A DNA stretch of 64,000 nucleotides from a virus (Duplodnaviria; Caudoviricetes), in IMG/VR virus record IMGVR_UViG_3300013121_000017, positions 64,001 through 128,000 of that record; one strand, written 5' to 3'. The number at the start of each line of letters is the position of its first letter. Position 1 is the stretch's first letter. A program made the position numbers and the translations under genes. Shown piece after piece: positions 10,434 to 19,687 of the stretch. Under the pieces are notes generated by a model. That model ran no database searches. It was not told the origin of the DNA and was given only the letters and a program-made list of their open reading frames with translations.

Positions 10434-11046
10434 TCACGTCGCGGATTGTGGCGGCACGTTCATAGTCCTCGATCTTGACGCAAGCTTGCATCTTCTCTTC
10501 GAGTGTTCTGAGCCGCTCAATGAGCGGCACAGCCTTGTGCCGTTTGACAGTAGCAACGGTGCGGTCTACGGTTGACTCTTTAGGCTCGCCAGCTTCCTGG
10601 CGGGCCTTCCATGCTTTCGGAACCTTGCCGACGTGTCGAATGGCTCCATGATGACGCATCAGCATCGATTCGATGTCTTCTTTGAAGGCATTGTAGCAGT
10701 TGGGACAGCCGAAGCGACCAGCGGCTTCAATGTCCACAGGATTGGCTCCACAGAACGGACACTTCGGAAGCATCTGTGGAGCGACTTGCAATGGCGGCTG
10801 TTGGCCAGGAGCCTGAGAAGGATGGCCCTGATGCAACTTGTGAATAAGCTGTTGTAGCCCTTGTACAGGGTTGGGCAGCGTAGGCAAAACACCGCCCTGA
10901 ACCGGGAGAGCCGTCATTCCCGGCTGGTTCATCACGCAGTTCTGACAACACTGGATGACACGGATACCCGCCGGGGTTATCTCGGTGACATTGAACTGCT
11001 TCGGGACGGCGCACGGCTGTCCGGTTCGAGGGCAGATGTTGCTCAT
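10342..11046 (-). CDS. mcsA: McsA-like protein (CxxC zinc fingers plus UVR coiled coil)
   Basis: CPFCG...GRFGCPNCYNAF...HG..HVGKVP and EDYERAATIRD UVR motif. Confidence 0.8.
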   Translation of the reverse strand: MSNICPRTGQPCAVPKQFNVTEITPAGIRVIQCCQNCVMNQPGMTALPVQGGVLPTLPNPVQGLQQLIHKLHQGHPSQAPGQQPPLQVAPQMLPKCPFCGANPVDIEAAGRFGCPNCYNAFKEDIESMLMRHHGAIRHVGKVPKAWKARQEAGEPKESTVDRTVATVKRHKAVPLIERLRTLEEKMQACVKIEDYERAATIRDVIKQLREAVQPEEPQAEPPAEEPPADLPQAA

Positions 11047-11048
11047 CG

Positions 11049-11669
11049 TTACTTCTTCCGTTCGATCAGCTTATTCTCGTCGTGGTAATCCCTGATCGAC
11101 TTGAGTAGTTGTTCACCCTCTTCTTTGGTGATCTTGTCGGGGAATTGCTTCACAAACTTGCCGGCAAAGTCTTCCAGCACCACGGCGGTTTCTTTCCGCA
11201 GCTTGGTCAGGTCGCCGATGTACTTCTTCAACTCATCGACGGTCGGAACGTCCTTCTGAGTCGGCGGCGTCTTTGTGTACTGCTTCACTTCTTCCTGCCA
11301 GAAGCCGTCAAGACGCTTCATCTCGAAGGAGCAACGACGAAGGTTGTTGAGGAAGAAACCCTGCTTGTCGAAGTCATCCAGATCCTTGATCTTGAACTCC
11401 TTCTTGTCACTGACCCGCGTCAGTGTAACGTTCTTCCAGAAGTCTTCGTTGTTGAACTTCTCTTTCCACTCACCGTAGTGCTTCAGGGCGCGTTCATACT
11501 CCTTCTTCGTCGGGAGTTCTTCCTTCTCCTCGGCGGGGACGACGAGCTTCGGCGGTGTCTTGGGCGGGTCTTTCTTGTCCTGGGCAAAGCTGTTGCCGCC
11601 GATGCAGAGCAGGTAGCCTGTGGCGATGAGTGCCAGCATCAGGGCGAATGTTTTTGTCGGTCGATTCAT
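11049..11669 (-). CDS. secreted hypothetical protein
   Basis: N-terminal signal peptide (…LALIATGYLLCIGGNSFA/QDKK), then a charged helical body. Confidence 0.7.
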   Translation of the reverse strand: MNRPTKTFALMLALIATGYLLCIGGNSFAQDKKDPPKTPPKLVVPAEEKEELPTKKEYERALKHYGEWKEKFNNEDFWKNVTLTRVSDKKEFKIKDLDDFDKQGFFLNNLRRCSFEMKRLDGFWQEEVKQYTKTPPTQKDVPTVDELKKYIGDLTKLRKETAVVLEDFAGKFVKQFPDKITKEEGEQLLKSIRDYHDENKLIERKK

Positions 11670-11720
11670 GTTTCCTCCGTTTGCTAGGGTTGAACCATCA
11701 CCTGAAATTATAGTGTCCGA

Positions 11721-12548
11721 TCACGGGAACGCTGTCCCGCCGACGACTATCGTGAATCCATCCCCTGCAAGCGGTTGCGTTCCTGGGGGCGTTACTCGCT
11801 TGATCCACACTGGAAACCCGTCTGTGGACCTCAAGTGGCCAATGACAACAGGCTCTTCTAACGTCGCTGGGCTGAAGACAACCCCATTCGGCGTTGTCGT
11901 TGCGTGGTCAATCACTGTGGCAATGCTGTTAATCGGACTGCCGCCAATGGACCGAGACGCAGAAACAATCGCGGACGGCGTCAAGGCGTTTGCCACTACG
12001 TCCAGTATAGGGTGAAAACGCTTCCCAGATGTCCCGGTGTAAAGAATGGTGAAGACGGTGACCGTTTGAAGATCAACAGAGATGGATGTCTGTGCTGAAA
12101 TCTGTACCTCTTCGAGAGTAGCCACGCTGCGGATGGCCGACTGGAAGTTCGCAACCCAGGTGCTAAGGTTTGAGGAGTAAGAGAAGGTGAAGTTGTTGCC
12201 TTCGTAGGACAAAGTCAATGTGCCGCCGGTGACGTTGCCGATGACGGTCAGATTTTGTATCTCGTTCGCGAAAATGAACCCGACTTCCGAGTCAGCACCG
12301 CTGGAGATCTCTCCTTGCGTGAAGATCTTGGAGTTCCAAAGCGTCTCAACCAAGCTGTTGTTGAAAATGTAGATGCACCTGTAATCTGTCAGGCCGTTCT
12401 GGGCATCGTCCTGGGAGACGTTGTTGAAGAGATTGTTCAAGCCAGACAAAACAGGGGACGAAGACGGATCGCCGCCAAGAGAGTTTTCGGGATCGGGATT
12501 GGTCGTGCCGCCAGAAAGAACGTAAACGATGTCATTGGTTTGAATCAC
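11721..12548 (-). CDS. putative virion structural protein
   Basis: S/T/G/N-rich beta-type sequence; GGAGG RBS; TACATA box at 12566-12571. Confidence 0.55.
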   Translation of the reverse strand: MIQTNDIVYVLSGGTTNPDPENSLGGDPSSSPVLSGLNNLFNNVSQDDAQNGLTDYRCIYIFNNSLVETLWNSKIFTQGEISSGADSEVGFIFANEIQNLTVIGNVTGGTLTLSYEGNNFTFSYSSNLSTWVANFQSAIRSVATLEEVQISAQTSISVDLQTVTVFTILYTGTSGKRFHPILDVVANALTPSAIVSASRSIGGSPINSIATVIDHATTTPNGVVFSPATLEEPVVIGHLRSTDGFPVWIKRVTPPGTQPLAGDGFTIVVGGTAFP

Positions 12549-12625
12549 AGTTTCCTCCAGTCACCTATGTAGTCTTTGCCCAGGCTCGCTCAGGTATAAT
12601 AAGAGTTGCCAACCGGAGGTTCACA

Positions 12626-13540
12626 ATGTCAACAACGTTCGGATGTGACTGCGAGTTCATTCTGACCCTTAACGGGCAGTACAAAAGCGCCGTCTCTGTC
12701 CTCAAGGGGACCAGGGAAAGACGAGAGAAGCTGAACGGACACGAAATCTTCCACGACAACGTACTGGCAGAGGTTGCTATCCAGTACGGGGCAAGCCGTG
12801 AACAGGTAGTGAAGAACTTCAAATCGGCGTTGACATGGTTGTCTTCCAAGGTAGCTCCTTGCCGACTCAATCTCGCCGCGTCTGCGGACTACCCCCAGAA
12901 GGAACTGAACGACCCCGATGCCAAACAGGCAGGGTGCGACGAGGAAACAGACGCCTACACCCGGACTACCATTCCGTCCCAGGAGGACGCGATCAAGAAC
13001 ACACCCTTCAGAACCGCAGGCGGTCACATCCACCTTGGCGGCGCGGGAGTTCTTCAGAACAGCATCAAGGTCAAACTGGTTGTCTACGCCCTCGATCTGT
13101 TCGTCGGCATTCCGTCCTTGTTCCTCGACAACAACATTCTGGCAGCAGAGAGAAGACAGATGTACGGCAGGGCCGGCAGCTTCCGAGAGAAGCCTTACGG
13201 CCTGGAGTACCGCGTTCTCGGCCCATTCTGGTTGCGATCCCCAGATACAGTCAGACTGATCTACGACCTGAGCATGTTCGCATTGAACTTCGTGGAAACA
13301 GACAAGATCAGTCGCTTCTGGAGCGTCGATGAAGAAAAACTGTTCGCCGGCAGGAAAGACGCCTATCGCTGTTACGGCTATGACAAGGACGAATTGGTAC
13401 GCACGATCAACGAACAAGACATGAAGATGGCTGAGACGTTCATGGTGATTGTGAACCAATATCTGCCGGCAGAACTTGCCGAGGCGTTGGTGCGGCAAAT
13501 TGAACTGCAACCAGATCTCTATGAGTCCTGGGACATCTGA
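12626..13540 (+). CDS. phiEco32-like COOH-NH2 ligase type 2
   Basis: GCDCEF, DNVLAE, RTAGGHIHLG, RRQMYGRAGSFREKPYGLEYR. Confidence 0.85.
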   Translation: MSTTFGCDCEFILTLNGQYKSAVSVLKGTRERREKLNGHEIFHDNVLAEVAIQYGASREQVVKNFKSALTWLSSKVAPCRLNLAASADYPQKELNDPDAKQAGCDEETDAYTRTTIPSQEDAIKNTPFRTAGGHIHLGGAGVLQNSIKVKLVVYALDLFVGIPSLFLDNNILAAERRQMYGRAGSFREKPYGLEYRVLGPFWLRSPDTVRLIYDLSMFALNFVETDKISRFWSVDEEKLFAGRKDAYRCYGYDKDELVRTINEQDMKMAETFMVIVNQYLPAELAEALVRQIELQPDLYESWDI

Positions 13541-14226
13541 TCCCTGATCTCACGACACAGCGGCCTGACATCCACTGTACGACATTTCTGACATTGCCAC
13601 TTCAAACTGAGCGTGGCAAAGGCGCGGACTTCCAGCACAAGACGCTTCTTGTGCAGGAAGTTCTTGCCTTTGCAGACCGTGCAAAAAGTCATGATGTGGT
13701 TAGACTTCTTTCCGTCCGGTCTGGCCCTTGGTTTGACGCGGCGAATGTGTTTGCGATGTTCATACAGGAAGTTGATCATCCTCTGAGGCATGGGCGGGGG
13801 CGGGAAGGATGAATCCTTCAGCCACTTGTACTCAACACCGCTTTTGTGGATGCTGGGAGGAATTACGGACTGGTGTCTGTGGCCGCGAAACTCGATTTCC
13901 CCGATCTTGCAGATCGTTATGGAAGGATCGGGAGAAATAAACAGGTGATGAACGGACTTGCTACTCTTGAACATCGGATGCGGAACATGTCGCACGAAGT
14001 CAAAGATGGCATCGTTGGCGATTTCGCTGTCGCCTTCGACATCCATGATGTCGCCGAGCAGAATGCCGATGTTGAGTCGCGGATTCTCCGCGAAGAAATG
14101 GCGGTATTTCTGAACGGACCAATCAGTCTGCCAGTCCTTGCGAACTGGGATCTTAGTACCTGGGTACAAGGGCAGCGGTTTCATGCCGCACTTGACATAA
14201 GAATCGAAGAGGTTCACAATCTCCAT
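13519..14226 (-). CDS. bifunctional primase/polymerase N-terminal (Prim-Pol) domain plus Cys finger
   Basis: PLYPGTKIP, NIGILLG, DVE, HHLF, VIPPSIHKSG..Y.W; C-terminal CxxC..CxxC. Confidence 0.75.
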   Translation of the reverse strand: MEIVNLFDSYVKCGMKPLPLYPGTKIPVRKDWQTDWSVQKYRHFFAENPRLNIGILLGDIMDVEGDSEIANDAIFDFVRHVPHPMFKSSKSVHHLFISPDPSITICKIGEIEFRGHRHQSVIPPSIHKSGVEYKWLKDSSFPPPPMPQRMINFLYEHRKHIRRVKPRARPDGKKSNHIMTFCTVCKGKNFLHKKRLVLEVRAFATLSLKWQCQKCRTVDVRPLCREIRDQMSQDS

Positions 14227-14462
14227 CAGTCAACCCCACAAGCGGTGTAGATCTTCAGCCGGGGCGTCCGGCTTTCATCCTTCACGTTGCGTGACAAAGC
14301 TTCGTCAATCTGTTCCTGCCTAAGACGACGGACTTGTACTCCGTTATCTCTGGCCCAGATAATGACTCGAAGAATGTCCTTGAGACGGGTACGCTCCGTC
14401 CAAGGATTGACATAAAGGAGGCCGAACTTGAGAGTGTTTCTAACTGGTGCTACAGGTTTCAT
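14226..14462 (-). CDS. hypothetical protein
   Basis: Stop overlaps the Prim-Pol start. Confidence 0.4.
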   Translation of the reverse strand: MKPVAPVRNTLKFGLLYVNPWTERTRLKDILRVIIWARDNGVQVRRLRQEQIDEALSRNVKDESRTPRLKIYTACGVD

Positions 14463-15294
14463 TGGAAGCCATACTGCTAGGAAGCTTCTTGCCTCTGGTC
14501 ATACGGTGGTGGGTACAGGCGTTTCAACCGAGCAGCCCTCAGTCTGTTCTCGCCTACTGACCCCGAGTTTGGTAGGCATCAACTGGACGGCGGTCAAGGA
14601 TATTGACGCTGTCATTCATCTCGCCGCCAACAACGACACGTTGGTTAGCGACGAAGAAGAGGTCATGCTCGCCAACTTTCATTCGGCAACCATGCTTTTC
14701 AAACACTGCCTCGACATGGGCTGTCGCACATTCGTGTACGCCAGTTCTGCCTCTGTCTATGGCAACGCTCCCTCTCCGCAAACTGAAGATGGTCCTCTCG
14801 GCCCTCTCAACCTTTATGCACAATCCAAGCTACGCTTCGAGTCGTATGCCCGCAACTTTGCGGAACAGCACTCGGTTTCCGTCGTAGGACTTCGTTACTT
14901 TAACGTATATGGCCCTGGAGAGCAACACAAAGGTCGTCGGGCAAGCATGGTATTTCAGATCGCCGAGGCCGCAAAAGCCGGAAGAACAGTCAAGCTGTTC
15001 AAGCCGGGCGAACAAACAAGGGACTGGGTACACGTCGATGACGTGGCAGACATCAATGTCGCCGCGTTGGGGAAGGAAGGCCATCACATCTTGAACGTAG
15101 GTACTGGCACGCCTCGTTCGTTCAACGATATAGTCGCAGCAACTGGTCTTCCCGTCAAGGTCGAATACATCGATTGTCCATTCAAGGACGCTTTCCAGTC
15201 AAGCACATGTGCGTCAACGAAAAAGGCCGAGGACTTATTCGGTCCTCGGCCTTGGATTCAGTTGGAAGAAGGAATCAAATCCCTCTTACAGTAG
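14428..15294 (+). CDS. NAD-dependent epimerase, ADP-L-glycero-D-manno-heptose 6-epimerase-like
   Basis: TGATGFIG, YASSASVYG, PLNLYAQSK, LRYFNVYGPGEQHKG..ASM (HldD-like). Confidence 0.85.
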   Translation: MRVFLTGATGFIGSHTARKLLASGHTVVGTGVSTEQPSVCSRLLTPSLVGINWTAVKDIDAVIHLAANNDTLVSDEEEVMLANFHSATMLFKHCLDMGCRTFVYASSASVYGNAPSPQTEDGPLGPLNLYAQSKLRFESYARNFAEQHSVSVVGLRYFNVYGPGEQHKGRRASMVFQIAEAAKAGRTVKLFKPGEQTRDWVHVDDVADINVAALGKEGHHILNVGTGTPRSFNDIVAATGLPVKVEYIDCPFKDAFQSSTCASTKKAEDLFGPRPWIQLEEGIKSLLQ

Positions 15295-16260
15295 CTTGTT
15301 GTGCAGTTGGGCCAGCTTCTTGATCAGCTTCCGCTGAAGCTTTGGCCCGGCCTTGCCGCAAGCCTCTTCGATGACCTTCACGGCCTCGCCGAGAGACATG
15401 CTGCTGTCAAACCCGACATCCAGGCGACCGCTCGGGGCGAAACCCGGCTGGCCCGGCTGAGGTTCAACTGCACCGTCCGAACCACCGTTCGGGTTCGAGG
15501 CTGGCAGAAGGGCGTCTTCCTGATACTCGGACCAACCGTCCTTGTACTTGGTATCTGTCTTCGCGCCAAGCATGCTCTGAACGGACTTCATCCACTCGGA
15601 GTCGTTCTGCTGCCACCAGTTCTGATTTTCCTTGTGCATCTTCTTCTCGGACTTCTTGCCCGACTTCTTGGAAGACTTCTTGCCCGACTTCTTGGCCGAC
15701 TTCTTGGCCGACTTCTTGCCAGACTTCTTGCCCGAGAACATCGGAGCTTCGTCGGCTTCGTCGTGGTCGTCGGGTTCGTGACCCTCTTCGTCCTCGTCGC
15801 CATCCGGCTCTTCGTGGTCCTCTTCGTGATCTAGCTCCTCGTCGTCATGCTCGTCGTCATGCTCATCGTCATGATCGTCGTGGTCTTCGCCGTCATCTTC
15901 GGAGAAGTCGCCTCCCATGTCAGAGTCCATGTGCTTGGCTGACTTCTTCGAGGCAGTCTTGGCCGACTTCTTGGCCGACTTCTTGCCTGACTTTTTGCCG
16001 GACTTCTTGCCTGACTTTTCGCCGCAACCGCAGCCCTCGTCGGCAATGACACCGTCCTCGTCATCGAGGTCGTCCATATCATCATCATCGCCCTCGACAT
16101 CAACCTTGATGGACTTCTTCTTCTCGTTCATCACGTCGGTAAACGTGGCAAACTGAGAACTCAGTCCCAGGTTGGTCGGCTGGCCAAGGCCCAATGTGAA
16201 AGCTCCTGGGCCGACGTTCTCGTTGAGTGTCTTCCACTTCTTATACGAATTGATCGCCAT
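15286..16260 (-). CDS. low-complexity protein with KKS(G/A) repeats and acidic blocks (CTS-like leader)
   Basis: AGGAG RBS; MAINSYKKWKTLNE; alternating K/S-rich and D/E/H-rich blocks. Confidence 0.7.
   Translation of the reverse strand: MAINSYKKWKTLNENVGPGAFTLGLGQPTNLGLSSQFATFTDVMNEKKKSIKVDVEGDDDDMDDLDDEDGVIADEGCGCGEKSGKKSGKKSGKKSAKKSAKTASKKSAKHMDSDMGGDFSEDDGEDHDDHDDEHDDEHDDEELDHEEDHEEPDGDEDEEGHEPDDHDEADEAPMFSGKKSGKKSAKKSAKKSGKKSSKKSGKKSEKKMHKENQNWWQQNDSEWMKSVQSMLGAKTDTKYKDGWSEYQEDALLPASNPNGGSDGAVEPQPGQPGFAPSGRLDVGFDSSMSLGEAVKVIEEACGKAGPKLQRKLIKKLAQLHNKLL
15647..15733. repeat. 12-nt imperfect tandem repeats (gacttcttg(g/c)cc) encoding KKSG/KKSA
   Basis: Direct inspection; a second array lies at about 15940-16020. 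Confidence 0.8.
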
Positions 16261-16274
16261 TCTTCTCCTTAGAG

Positions 16275-16535
16275 TTATCGTCCCAGTTTGTTTCTGAGAG
16301 TGTCACGACGTTTCTTTTCTGCGGCCCGGCGTTCTGCCGCCATGCCGGATGTGCTGCCCACGGTTGGAACCATAGACAGCGGTGCAACAGTTGTTGGGGT
16401 TGGTGCTGCCGCCACGGACGTTGGTGGTGCAATGCCTAACCCATTACGACGGGCAGATAGCTGCGCCGGCGTAACTACTCTTGTTCTCGGAACTCCTCTC
16501 GGAGTTTTGCACGAACATCCCATTCCACATCCCAT
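16275..16535 (-). CDS. small protein with Cys-rich N-terminus
   Basis: MGCGMGCSCK. Confidence 0.6.
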   Translation of the reverse strand: MGCGMGCSCKTPRGVPRTRVVTPAQLSARRNGLGIAPPTSVAAAPTPTTVAPLSMVPTVGSTSGMAAERRAAEKKRRDTLRNKLGR

Positions 16536-16544
16536 GATTAAGCC

Positions 16545-16724
16545 TCAGAGTTTTCGTTCGACCCCAACGTTTCGGCGTTTTAGCACCAGTTTCCGTTCGG
16601 AGCCATCCTCAAACTTCTGATGGATCTCGATCTCGTCTTCCTTAGTGATGGTTTCTTCAGAAACCATCTTCTTCAGAACGGGAGTGTTTTGGTCTGTGTT
16701 GAGCTTATTACAGCCGCATCCCAA
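16545..16724 (-). CDS. 59-aa protein starting MGCGCNK (absent from ORF track)
   Basis: TTG start with GGAGGGG RBS, open to TGA at 16545; TATATA box at 16747-16752. Confidence 0.6.
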   Translation of the reverse strand: MGCGCNKLNTDQNTPVLKKMVSEETITKEDEIEIHQKFEDGSERKLVLKRRNVGVERKL

Positions 16725-16840
16725 ATTCCCCTCCGAGCGGTCAAGGTATATACGCTGCTTCGCACGAAACAGACACCCCCGCAGTCATTATCTATCGCTA
16801 CAGATTCTCTTTTTGCCGCGTCTTGTACTCTGGCTATTAC

Positions 16841-18364
16841 ATGGAAAACCTCAACCAGCAACCGCCAACCACCTCTGAGATCATCCAAAAAGGCGTCAAA
16901 CAAGCCGCCAGACTGTTTCACGAAGGCAATCTGTCAGCTTGCCAGCTATTGGTGGGACAACTGCTTAGAGTTGACCCCAACAATGACGAGGCTTTGCAAA
17001 TCGCTGGACTGCTGAAACTTCGCATCGGCGAAGGACAGGCTGCCATCCCGTTATTAGAAGATGCGAGGGCAATCAACCCTGAAAACCCAGACCACCACAA
17101 CAATTTGGCCCTGGCCTACTCCCGCGTCGGCAGGTACGACGACGCCATCAAGTGCCTGGATGTGGCGACCATGATGGCTCCAGGCCGACAGGTTTTCTGG
17201 GTCAACTACGCGGTTCAACTGAGGAACAAGGCCAACCATGATCTCGTCAATCGCGAAACCTATTTGGACAAGGCGCACAGCTTCCTTTTCAAGGCCATCG
17301 AACTAAGCCCCACAGCAACGGCTCATGGCAACCTGGGCAGTCTTCTTGCCGAGCGGCAGGACATGCCCCGCGCCATCGAACAATTCAAGAAAGCCCTGGA
17401 GATCGACCCGACGCTGGCTGGTATTCATGTGGATCTCAGCTATGTCTACTTCTTGACGGGGGACTTCAAGAGCGGCTGGGAGCATTACGAGTACCGGATG
17501 AAGCACTACCCCCAGGCAACCCGTTTGGAAAAAGTATTTCCCTCTTCCAAAAGGTGGGATGGCAAGGAACCTCTTGAAGATAAGACGGTAGTTGTATTCT
17601 GTGAACAGGGATGTGGCGATTCCATTCACTTTGCACGGTATCTGCCACTTCTGCGGACAAAAAGACTCGTCATTTGGTGTCACGACCCGTTGAAGGAAAT
17701 CCTCTCGCAGTTCGGCGAGACGATTGGCATGGGTGAAAAGCCCCCTGTCTACGACGTGTCAATTCCCATCATGTCATTGCCCTACTTGTTGGGCGACCCC
17801 GAAGTCCCGACGCCCTACCTGAAGCTGCCGCCGCCAGCAGCCGGAATGGAGAGCTACGCCGGCACTCTGAACGTCGGCATCTGCTGGGCAGGCAACCCAC
17901 AACACCCCGGCGACCGCTTCCGCTCAATTCCGTTGCAGGAATTCATGCCACTGAGCATGCCGGGCGTGACGCTATTCTCGCTACAAAAGGACTACCGACC
18001 CAGGAAGTATCACGATTCCGAAGAAGTCATAGACCTTTGTAAAGATGGCCCGAAGGTTGTGGATTTGTCACCGCTTCTCACGTCCTTCACGGACACGGCG
18101 AAATTCATTTCGGCGATGGATCTGGTAATCTCCGTGGACACGGCGGTACTTCACCTAGCCGGCGCGATGGGCAAGAAGACGTGGGGACTGATTCCCTACA
18201 GCCCTGATTGGCGATGGGGATTCGACAAGGAAACAACGTCGCTCTACCCGAGCATGGAGTTGTTCAGGCAGCCCGACAAAGGCGATTGGCGTTCGGTGAT
18301 GGGCAAGGTGGGAATGCGGCTGCGAGAAATGATCAAGCCGGCAGAACGGTCCCTGCCGGCTTGA
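16841..18364 (+). CDS. TPR-repeat protein with C-terminal GT9-like glycosyltransferase domain
   Basis: TPRs; EQGCGDSIHFARY, GICWAG, DLVISVDTAVLHLAGAMGK, DWRW. Confidence 0.88.
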   Translation: MENLNQQPPTTSEIIQKGVKQAARLFHEGNLSACQLLVGQLLRVDPNNDEALQIAGLLKLRIGEGQAAIPLLEDARAINPENPDHHNNLALAYSRVGRYDDAIKCLDVATMMAPGRQVFWVNYAVQLRNKANHDLVNRETYLDKAHSFLFKAIELSPTATAHGNLGSLLAERQDMPRAIEQFKKALEIDPTLAGIHVDLSYVYFLTGDFKSGWEHYEYRMKHYPQATRLEKVFPSSKRWDGKEPLEDKTVVVFCEQGCGDSIHFARYLPLLRTKRLVIWCHDPLKEILSQFGETIGMGEKPPVYDVSIPIMSLPYLLGDPEVPTPYLKLPPPAAGMESYAGTLNVGICWAGNPQHPGDRFRSIPLQEFMPLSMPGVTLFSLQKDYRPRKYHDSEEVIDLCKDGPKVVDLSPLLTSFTDTAKFISAMDLVISVDTAVLHLAGAMGKKTWGLIPYSPDWRWGFDKETTSLYPSMELFRQPDKGDWRSVMGKVGMRLREMIKPAERSLPA

Positions 18365-18374
18365 TCGGCAGCGA

Positions 18375-18674
18375 TCAGACCGTGGGAGTGGTAGCCGAGG
18401 AAGTGGTCTTCTTGGAGGACGACGAACGCTTTGCAGCAAGTCGCCGCTGCACGCTGGTTTCGTCATAGGTCACGCCGTAGCCGTTGCGTTCGGTGACACG
18501 GCGAGCCACGCCCTTGAGGGCCGAGAGAGTCTCGAACTTGGTGATGCCGTCCTTGTTGGCGAGCTTCGTCTTGGCGAGGCCCGGCACACTGACGCTGCCC
18601 TCGAAGGTCAACACGCCGTTCGTCTCCGAGGCGGTGACCTTGACTTCGAGGGTCTTCTGCTTGCTGTCGCTCAT
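18375..18674 (-). CDS. hypothetical protein
   Basis: AAGGA RBS; coding-like codon use. Confidence 0.6.
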   Translation of the reverse strand: MSDSKQKTLEVKVTASETNGVLTFEGSVSVPGLAKTKLANKDGITKFETLSALKGVARRVTERNGYGVTYDETSVQRRLAAKRSSSSKKTTSSATTPTV

Positions 18675-18716
18675 CTTGCTGTCCTTTCGATACGAGGTTT
18701 GAAACACGTCTTCATT

Positions 18717-19403
18717 CTAGCAGCCTCGAACGACGAGGTTCGACTTGAGGAAGTCCTTGTGTTTGTCCCAGTTCTGATTTCTCGGCTCAAGAGGGCCGCA
18801 ACCCTTGAGTGTAGGAATCAGCAAACGTCGGCTCGCTGGCCTGGATCGCTTCTGGTAGAACTCGTCAATCGCGTCCCCGTACTTCGCTTCGAGCTTGGGC
18901 CATTGTACAGTCCCAAGAAAACTTGACAACCTCAATTTCTTCATCATCTCGTTGACGGTGGCCTTCACGCTCTCGACAGGCAGCTTCTTTTTCGTTGACC
19001 CCACACGACTGAAATCGACATGCCACAGCATGGTTTCTGGGTCATAGGCGAAGACGGGGTTCTTCAAGCCGGTTGCAATATGATCGGCAATGGCGTCCTC
19101 AATCTCGGAAAAAGAGGAAGATCTGGAGGATAGATAGATCTCGTAATACAGGTACGCGACCAAACCCCTAAAGCTGAGAATGAGGACGTTCCTCCCTCCC
19201 TTGGAGTTATGACGCTGCCGCAGACAGAAGTCGCAGAAGAAGCGACCCGGACCCGAGAGCTTTTCCAGAACAGCCATCGAGTCTCCCGGCGCAACAAGCT
19301 TCCCGCAGAAGTCACACATCTGGTAGGGGTTACCCGGCAAGGCCGAGTCATCAACTGCCTGAATGTGAGCTTCACATGCGGTGAAATTGTTGTCGCGGTG
19401 CAT
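18717..19403 (-). CDS. hypothetical protein with N-terminal CxxC..CxxC
   Basis: CDFC...CDFC; start uncertain. Confidence 0.6.
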   Translation of the reverse strand: MHRDNNFTACEAHIQAVDDSALPGNPYQMCDFCGKLVAPGDSMAVLEKLSGPGRFFCDFCLRQRHNSKGGRNVLILSFRGLVAYLYYEIYLSSRSSSFSEIEDAIADHIATGLKNPVFAYDPETMLWHVDFSRVGSTKKKLPVESVKATVNEMMKKLRLSSFLGTVQWPKLEAKYGDAIDEFYQKRSRPASRRLLIPTLKGCGPLEPRNQNWDKHKDFLKSNLVVRGC

Positions 19404-19443
19404 ATCTACTCCCAGCGTCTGGACTCAAGTAAAAGAGGAAACC

Positions 19444-19680
19444 ATGCACACATTCGTCAAATGGGCAGAACACAACAAGCTTGAATTGCCCGCAGTCAGC
19501 GAAGACACCAAGCGTGGCGGTATTGCCTCATGGGCTTACCCTGATGCTTACGTTCGCGGCCAGTATCCCCAACTCTACTTCGCTCCAACTGCTGCTGACC
19601 ACATGCAGAAGTTGAAGGGCGCGAAGAAGAATGAGTCGGTGAAGAACGAATCCAAGAGAAATCGCATCAAGGATAAGTAA
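19444..19680 (+). CDS. small putative internal head protein, paralog 1
   Basis: GAGG RBS; MHTFVKWAE; paralog of the next gene. Confidence 0.75.
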   Translation: MHTFVKWAEHNKLELPAVSEDTKRGGIASWAYPDAYVRGQYPQLYFAPTAADHMQKLKGAKKNESVKNESKRNRIKDK

Positions 19681-19687
19681 GGAGTTC

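Noticed and set aside
12572-12600. TATAAT upstream of the COOH-NH2 ligase (also 3844, and TACAAT at 25885 and 53341)
   Set aside because: Plausible -10 boxes but no well-spaced -35, so not called
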